Shown here: in pieces, positions 57,614-64,000 of the stretch | Numbering within the stretch: the first letter of the stretch is position 1 | Layout of the letters: the number at the start of each line of letters is the position of its first letter | IMG/VR virus record: IMGVR_UViG_3300020577_011874 | Origin: an uncultured virus (IMG/VR IMGVR_UViG_3300020577_011874) | Taxonomy: Duplodnaviria; Heunggongvirae; Uroviricota; Caudoviricetes | Direction: 5' to 3' (one strand) | DNA: 64,000 nt | Position numbers and translations under genes: made by a program | The notes under the pieces: model-generated | The model's input: only the letters and a program-made list of their open reading frames with translations | What the model was told of the DNA's origin: nothing | Database searches by the model: none

Positions 57614-60084
57614 TTTGACTCTACGATAAGTGTATTCGTCATCGCCGCGGGACCCTCTTTGTAATCATTCATGATCGGAATGATGACATATTTCAATGCC
57701 CCGGCATCACGATTTTGGACTTTGTGTAAATATTGACAACTTCCATACTCAAACTCTCCATGAGTTTTGCCAAGAAGCGTTCGCATGCCATGAATTTCTT
57801 TGAAAATCAAAAAATGATCAATCCGGTGAACGTTACCAAGAATTTTCCAAGACACAAGGTTCAAATATCGATCAAAAATAGCAGCTTCTGGATCGATGAT
57901 CTTTGCGGCATCTTCATCAAATGAAACCTCGATATTGACCGGTGAACCTATGATGCCATATGCCATCGGATCTTTGCCATAACGTTTCTTTGCACCTGCA
58001 GAAGAAACCAGCACGCCTCTGTCCAATGTCAAGGGATGCAAAAATTTTGCAGGTGACCATCGATACGGTTTTTTGGTGACAGAGTCAATGGATTCTTTGA
58101 CAAATGAATCAAACATCGTTTCCGGAGCACGCAACAATGGGTAAATTTCATAACGATATCGATGACCGTATTGCAATTGGCCAATAGATTGATTTTTTCT
58201 AAGTACAGAATCATTAAAATCAGCTTGTGTCAATACACCGAATGAATCGACATGACCCGTATTTAGATCAATACGTTTGACACTATGCGCAATGAGATTT
58301 TGAAGTTGATCGCGTTGCGTCAATATGTCATCTGTAAAGTACGACAATAAACCTTGTCGCTCAAGCATGCGTTTGACCGCGTCGATGTCTGTATCAATAG
58401 TTCGAGTGTTGATATTGAATGATACGTTAGGAACATTCGAATCATGGTCAACTGTTAGATCTGTGACTCGAACATCGACAGTTCCAGGGGAAGGTTTGAT
58501 AAACTCAACAATTGTCTTGCCGTATACTTCAACATTTCCATCGACGTAAATAAGTCGAACACTGTATCCGTATGTCACACCGGGCGTCACGCCACTGTCA
58601 ATTGTAGAGACTAAGTCTAGACGTCTAACGTCATCACTAATGAATCCAATTTCTTCATTGATGACCGTGTACTCTTTTTCAAAAGAAGTCAAGTTGAGTC
58701 GTAAAAATTGAACAGCGACGACCTTGGGAGGAATGCGACGAATTTCAAGTTTGACACCGTTATCAACTTGATCAGCTACTAATGATACCGCTCTAGGAGG
58801 AGTGTATCTGGCTGGCTTTAAAGCCACATTAGAATATTCGAATCCCATCATTGATTGGAGACCCCTAGAGATGACTCGATAAATAATGGGTGATGATCTA
58901 GGTTGATCAACTTGGACCAATAGACTTTGATCCGTAGACTTTAAGTCATAAGTTCCAATCAAAGTGTAATCTTCAATTTCAGGCGAAGCAATCCAGATGG
59001 ATTTTTTGTAGACCAGGACTTCTGTCGCGCCAGGGTCAACTTGCTTGATTTCCAAATTCACTCGAGTTGAAATATCAGAACCAGTTGCTTTGACACGAGG
59101 GGGAACTTTAGGGGTATAGTAAATTCTGACATGTTGTGATATGTCAAGAACTTTAGTAACCGTATCGATCGGCAAAGAACTCTCTGAGTCGATGAGATCA
59201 AATTTGACAAAAACCTGAGTAACATCGCCGCCGCTTTGCGTCAATTTTCGTCGTGGAATAGTGATTTTTACCGGAACAGCTACATAATCACTCGACAAAT
59301 TTTGCAATACCGTGACGAGCTCGCCGTCAACTACTTGATTGGTCAGTGTAGGAGGTAAGCTGTAAATCGGAGGAAACAAATAGTGATTGAGTAATCTAGA
59401 CGCTGGGTCTGTATTCAATTCCACACCTCCCATGATGGTTGTCAAGCCACCTTTTGTCTCTTGTTCTGATGACGTTCGAGATGACAAATTGATCACGTGT
59501 GAAGGATCTAATCCTTGTCTATTGATCATGTCTAACATCAACTGTTGAGGGTCTTCATTGAAAGAAGCAGTCAATGCATGATTGACATCTGGAACTGCCA
59601 TGGAATTAGCGATTCGATGTAAAATTGGTTGGACGTCATTGGCGTCTTTCGTGCTGCCAGCAGTCGCCAACATCAATCCAGGACGATTCAATGATCCAAT
59701 TTGACTGATCGGCATGCGCGAACTCAGTTGAGCCACGATGTCATTACTAACATAAGCAGTGATATCACTCTCTCGCTGTGCCAACACATACTGACTTTGC
59801 GTAATGGTAGCCATCTTAGCGTCTTGAACCGCTGATCGAATGTTATTGACCAGAGACGCAGAATTTGACTTAACCTGAGTGTTTGTCAATAAGGATTTTT
59901 TGACAATTTGTCGTGATTCAACACTGACCAAGACTCGCGTTGCCTTACGTGAGATGGCTTCTTTTTGTGAAACAACATAGATGAACTCAAATTCAAGATC
60001 ATCATTCTCTAGAACTGTTTTGAGATGAGCAAAATTCTCATCAACCTGCAACAATTGACCCGCTTTTTGAAACCTAAAATACAT
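57610..60084 (-). CDS. Large hypothetical structural protein (beta-sandwich segments)
   Basis: 824 aa; PGVTYGYSVR and YGHRYRYEI FN3-like strands. Confidence 0.6.
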   Translation of the reverse strand: MYFRFQKAGQLLQVDENFAHLKTVLENDDLEFEFIYVVSQKEAISRKATRVLVSVESRQIVKKSLLTNTQVKSNSASLVNNIRSAVQDAKMATITQSQYVLAQRESDITAYVSNDIVAQLSSRMPISQIGSLNRPGLMLATAGSTKDANDVQPILHRIANSMAVPDVNHALTASFNEDPQQLMLDMINRQGLDPSHVINLSSRTSSEQETKGGLTTIMGGVELNTDPASRLLNHYLFPPIYSLPPTLTNQVVDGELVTVLQNLSSDYVAVPVKITIPRRKLTQSGGDVTQVFVKFDLIDSESSLPIDTVTKVLDISQHVRIYYTPKVPPRVKATGSDISTRVNLEIKQVDPGATEVLVYKKSIWIASPEIEDYTLIGTYDLKSTDQSLLVQVDQPRSSPIIYRVISRGLQSMMGFEYSNVALKPARYTPPRAVSLVADQVDNGVKLEIRRIPPKVVAVQFLRLNLTSFEKEYTVINEEIGFISDDVRRLDLVSTIDSGVTPGVTYGYSVRLIYVDGNVEVYGKTIVEFIKPSPGTVDVRVTDLTVDHDSNVPNVSFNINTRTIDTDIDAVKRMLERQGLLSYFTDDILTQRDQLQNLIAHSVKRIDLNTGHVDSFGVLTQADFNDSVLRKNQSIGQLQYGHRYRYEIYPLLRAPETMFDSFVKESIDSVTKKPYRWSPAKFLHPLTLDRGVLVSSAGAKKRYGKDPMAYGIIGSPVNIEVSFDEDAAKIIDPEAAIFDRYLNLVSWKILGNVHRIDHFLIFKEIHGMRTLLGKTHGEFEYGSCQYLHKVQNRDAGALKYVIIPIMNDYKEGPAAMTNTLIVESK

Positions 60085-60092
60085 GTTTCAGT

Positions 60093-61100
60093 TCACTCAA
60101 AGACAAGGGTAAAAAGGTGTAAAAACGTATCAGTGCCTTTGTCATCTACGACAACTTTTCCTACAAAGAAAATTTGAGAAACTGGGGCGTTGGGATTACC
60201 AGTGGTGAAAGTTCCAAATTCGACTACATCGAGTTTTTTCAGAACGTTTCTTGTTTTTTCAAAGAATTGTCCAATCAAACGATTGTCGCGCGATGTTGGA
60301 TCAATGTTAATGGTTCTCATATACCCAAGTTGAGTGTAGTAATTCAACTCAGACATTACTTGTGCATATGACAAACCACCTACATGGGTCCTTCCCCATG
60401 GGGTATAACATCCAAAATTTCTATCTTTGAATGCACGAGGATCACTCTTGTCAAGAGATTGATCGCTCAATTTATTGATAGGCGGCAAGTACTTGAAATT
60501 TGGAAGACTACTAAAACGAGGATCACTAAAGATGCTATCAGTTGACCCTACGTGAGCAGTATGTTGATTTGGATCACTAATCGGTCGATCATTTGTGATC
60601 ACAAATTCAACTTGATCTGGGCCCAAACCAAATTCTTCATCCTCAAAAATTTTGTCTTTTGTGGCGATCAGGTACAATTTTTTGAAATTTTCTAATGAAG
60701 AAGCTAACAAAGTGTTAGCAACTGAAGCAAAATTGCTGCCAGTCAAAGATGAAACACTTTGTGAAGAACCTTCAATAACAGAACCCGTCGTTGCCGAAAA
60801 AGAGTATTCTAGAATGCGACCGCCGGCGACTTGAACGCCGTCACTATTCCTAAAAGGCAACAAATTTCCGTCATCATCTGCTCGAAAAACAATATCATCT
60901 TGCGGCAGTTGACACGATTCAAGATACAGTCGTTTTGTCGCGTCTTGACTGCCGCTGATAAGATCTGGTCTGTAAAAACCGGCAGCGTCAGTAAAACTGA
61001 CATATTGAACATCAATGCCACCAAGGGCTAGTTGGCGACGGCCTTCTGTGGTGATCACTGTGTCAAGAACACGTGATTTGCTATCAAGGATACCAGACAT
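60093..61100 (-). CDS. Virion structural protein, N-terminus similar to 50222..50938
   Basis: GILDSKSRVLDTVITTEGRRQLA..VSFTD. Confidence 0.65.
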   Translation of the reverse strand: MSGILDSKSRVLDTVITTEGRRQLALGGIDVQYVSFTDAAGFYRPDLISGSQDATKRLYLESCQLPQDDIVFRADDDGNLLPFRNSDGVQVAGGRILEYSFSATTGSVIEGSSQSVSSLTGSNFASVANTLLASSLENFKKLYLIATKDKIFEDEEFGLGPDQVEFVITNDRPISDPNQHTAHVGSTDSIFSDPRFSSLPNFKYLPPINKLSDQSLDKSDPRAFKDRNFGCYTPWGRTHVGGLSYAQVMSELNYYTQLGYMRTINIDPTSRDNRLIGQFFEKTRNVLKKLDVVEFGTFTTGNPNAPVSQIFFVGKVVVDDKGTDTFLHLFTLVFE

Positions 61101-61156
61101 TCTACTGTGACAAATATAACACAGCTAGAATCTCATGGCTGACTCATGTCAATGAA

Positions 61157-62179
61157 TCAAACAGAATCTGCACGTCTTGCTTTGAAATATGAACCAGATG
61201 CAACTGAGAGTGCATTTGAAGCAAGAGTGGCCGGTGCAGTACCAATGTTAATAGTTCCCGCACTTGAACCCACTTTCACAGTTCCGACAATTCGAACAGG
61301 AGAATGAGCTCCTGCGGTCAAACCAAAACCTTGTGTTGAAAGTGTATTGCCAGCAAATAAGATGCCTTGAACAAGAGAACTGGTGTTGGCACCAATAGAC
61401 GTAATTACGGCATCGACATTGCTGCCGGTCGGTGCCATGACAGCAAACCTTGCGCCAGCGGCATTAGTCGGACGAAAAGTTCCAATAAATTCGAATTCCC
61501 AAATTTCAGATGCATTGACAGAAAATCCAATTCCAGTAATGACCTGGGCGCCTGTCAAACCATTGGCAGTAGAAGAACCTGACAATGAAAAGAACGTCGA
61601 GTTCAATCGCTGTGACACGACCGCGGTGTCTGTCGTTAAAGAATTTCTGCCATCAAATACTTGAACTCCCGTTGCTGCACCGGCAATGAAGAGACCATAC
61701 CCGTTAATGTACGTTTGAAAACTGTAATTGCCAAACGTTGTTACAGCACTAGAACCGTTGACAGTAATGACGGGATAATCACTACCGCCACTGTCAACAG
61801 CCATTATCACCTTATCGCCAAGTAACGGATTGATGAAAATTCTTGATGAACCTGAAAGATACAGATTCTGACTAGCTACGCTCCAAAATGAACTGCTGAC
61901 AGTTGTCAATGCAGTTATGGTACCGCTAGTTGCAGATACTGTTCCGGAAACAGTTAAAACGCCGGTTACCTTATTGAAGGTAAGTCCGGAGTTTCCACCG
62001 ATAGAACCGGAATCATTAAAAAGAACATGTGTATTCGAGCCAGGCGAAACAGCAGACGCAAAAAGATTAGCTACGGTAATTCTCTTGGTCGTCGGGCCGG
62101 TCAGATCTACGATTGGAATGATGTCAGTCGATGCTGCAGCTGACGTGGATGGTAAACTAGTGATCTTAATGTTCGTCAT
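61157..62179 (-). CDS. Putative fibre/virion appendage protein
   Basis: KITSLP..DIIPIVD..TKRITV N-terminus and GSNTHVLFNDSG..GGNSGLTF fibre motif. Confidence 0.6.
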   Translation of the reverse strand: MTNIKITSLPSTSAAASTDIIPIVDLTGPTTKRITVANLFASAVSPGSNTHVLFNDSGSIGGNSGLTFNKVTGVLTVSGTVSATSGTITALTTVSSSFWSVASQNLYLSGSSRIFINPLLGDKVIMAVDSGGSDYPVITVNGSSAVTTFGNYSFQTYINGYGLFIAGAATGVQVFDGRNSLTTDTAVVSQRLNSTFFSLSGSSTANGLTGAQVITGIGFSVNASEIWEFEFIGTFRPTNAAGARFAVMAPTGSNVDAVITSIGANTSSLVQGILFAGNTLSTQGFGLTAGAHSPVRIVGTVKVGSSAGTINIGTAPATLASNALSVASGSYFKARRADSV

Positions 62180-62185
62180 GTCTAA

Positions 62186-62458
62186 TCATCCCAATTGTTC
62201 TGTGATCAATTGATCACTACCTTCTGTCACCAAAAAACTACCATCCTCTGACAACATCGGTTGTTCTGCCGGCGGTGTCAGAGGAATTATGCGCATCATG
62301 ACAGGTTGAGATCTTACGGACGAATACGATTTTCGAAATCTCGTCAAATCACGTTCTGTGTCTAATGATCTAGTAGTCGTTGGTACAAGAACAGGTGACT
62401 GTCTCGAATATGAATACGTTTTTTTGAATCTGGTTAGATCTTGAATGCGCCGACTCAT
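62186..62458 (-). CDS. Small hypothetical protein with internal repeat and LxTE(D)G tail
   Basis: DLTRFKKTYS/DLTRFRKSYS repeat; late motif CTATTTA at 62472..62478. Confidence 0.65.
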   Translation of the reverse strand: MSRRIQDLTRFKKTYSYSRQSPVLVPTTTRSLDTERDLTRFRKSYSSVRSQPVMMRIIPLTPPAEQPMLSEDGSFLVTEGSDQLITEQLG

Positions 62459-62514
62459 CTTATGTTGGACTTAAATAGTCCTTCCCAAACAAGTCGGCCC
62501 CACGATCATCAGTA

Positions 62515-63903
62515 TTAGAGAATCTTAGAGGCGAGAGTAGCAAGCTCTGATCTTTCGCCTTTCAACAACGTAACGTGACCGGCGATCGGATAGTCTTTAA
62601 ATTTCTCCACCGCATACGAAAGACCGTTAGTAAAAACGTCAACATGAACATTGTCAATTTGTTCAATGTCGCCTGTCAAGACAATCTTTGTGTTATCACC
62701 AACACGAGTAATGATTGTCTTCAATTCATGCATTGACAAATTTTGCGCTTCATCAATGACAATGAAAGCATTTGGGATCGATCGACCACGAATGAAAGTG
62801 ATGGCCTCGATCTCAATCAAGCCTTTTTCTTGCATTATTTGCAAGTAGACATCGTCTGACTTAATTCCGACAGGAGGTCCACCACCTGGACGTGTTTTCT
62901 TTGGACGATTTCTGCGACTGTCCATTAGAAAGTTCAAATTATCTCTAACGGGAGCGATCCATGGTTCCATTTTTTCTTGCATGGTTCCTGGGAGGAATCC
63001 GATATCCTTGCCCACGGGCTGAACAGGACGGGTGACGATAAGTTTATCGTATTTTGCCATGTTCGAATCACCTAAACCCTTGAGTTGTTCAAGAGCTGCG
63101 GCAAGAGCAAGCAATGTCTTGCCCGTTCCACTGGGTCCGACCAATGTCAGTAATTTGATGTTTTCGTCAAACAACAAATCTAAAGAAAATGACTGCTCTT
63201 TATTTCGAGGTTTCAAACCATATGCATGCTCAATCTTAGCGATGGGTACCAATGGTTGTTTAGGATCAGTACATTTAGCAATTGCAGATTTGACAGTCTG
63301 ACCGTCTACTACATTTTTGAGAACCACGATCTGATTGGGGTAAAGTTGCTGGCCTTTGAGGACCTGATCAGGCAACTCGACCTTTCCGTTGAGGTAGAAA
63401 TAATCTACTAGTTCTTCGCCAACCTCAATTACCTCAACACCACGAAAAAACTTCTGTGGGTCATCTGCTACACGCAACTTGAGATAATCTTCGCACTTGA
63501 TGCCCAAGCTATCGCACTTGATTCGAACGTTAATGTCTTTTGAAACTAACGTGGCATCTTTGTAATTCAGAGCAAATGCAATAATCAAATTATCCGGTTT
63601 GTCTGATTGAAGATCTGTAGGGATCTTCTTAGACCATGACGGATCATTGGCTACCACCGACAATGTACCGCCTTCCTTAAGTTGGATTCCTTGAATCAGG
63701 CTGCCACGAACTCTCAAGTTATCGAGAGTTCGAGTAATCTGTCGAGCGTTTTTTCCAACCTCGTCCGGACGACTCTTGTGACGATCAAGCTCTTCAAGAA
63801 CAACCATCGGAATGATTACATTGTGTTCTTCAAAAGAAAAGATCGAATTCGGATCGCTCAGCAGAACGTTAGTGTCTAGGACAAATGTTCTCTTGTCGGT
63901 CAT
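62515..63903 (-). CDS. phoH: PhoH-family ATPase with N-terminal PIN domain
   Basis: VLDTNVLL PIN domain; GPSGTGKT, IGFLPG, RGRSI, DEAQN and GDIEQID. Start taken at ATG 63903 (ORF open to 63972). Confidence 0.95.
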   Translation of the reverse strand: MTDKRTFVLDTNVLLSDPNSIFSFEEHNVIIPMVVLEELDRHKSRPDEVGKNARQITRTLDNLRVRGSLIQGIQLKEGGTLSVVANDPSWSKKIPTDLQSDKPDNLIIAFALNYKDATLVSKDINVRIKCDSLGIKCEDYLKLRVADDPQKFFRGVEVIEVGEELVDYFYLNGKVELPDQVLKGQQLYPNQIVVLKNVVDGQTVKSAIAKCTDPKQPLVPIAKIEHAYGLKPRNKEQSFSLDLLFDENIKLLTLVGPSGTGKTLLALAAALEQLKGLGDSNMAKYDKLIVTRPVQPVGKDIGFLPGTMQEKMEPWIAPVRDNLNFLMDSRRNRPKKTRPGGGPPVGIKSDDVYLQIMQEKGLIEIEAITFIRGRSIPNAFIVIDEAQNLSMHELKTIITRVGDNTKIVLTGDIEQIDNVHVDVFTNGLSYAVEKFKDYPIAGHVTLLKGERSELATLASKIL

Positions 63904-64000
63904 GACCTTTTCTTTCTTCATCTGGATGCGCTTCATATGTTTATTGTGTTTTCCTATCGGTTTCTTGTACACCGATCTACTCTGGTTGACAGTATAACCA

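Noticed and set aside
1..64000. Alternative genetic code (stop-codon reassignment as in some large phages)
   Set aside because: Core genes are full length in code 11, and TAA, TGA and TAG all occur at sensible gene ends.

Overview
This window is the structural and DNA-packaging core of a large, T4-like (myovirus) bacteriophage genome; all genes but one are on the minus strand. In transcription order it holds PhoH, a fibre protein, large baseplate/tail proteins, a NUMOD3 homing endonuclease beside a gp4-like nuclease, a RuvC-like resolvase, primase, a split Mre11/SbcD whose C-half is fused to Rad50/SbcC, large terminase, portal, prohead protease, peptide deformylase, scaffold and major capsid protein. 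These are followed by an accessory block (one-piece tmRNA with tag ANDNGLTSLRLAA, a SAM methyltransferase, an SGNH lipoprotein), a ~2260-codon modular repeat fibre gene broken by a 17-bp tandem duplication, a paralogous virion-protein pair flanking a 2OG-Fe(II) oxygenase, neck/tail-completion proteins and two tandem tail-sheath genes. A recurring (A/C)TA(C/G/T)TTA motif precedes the structural genes (probable late promoter), and a sigma70-like promoter class precedes non-structural genes. All protein calls come from reading motifs by eye; no database search was run.
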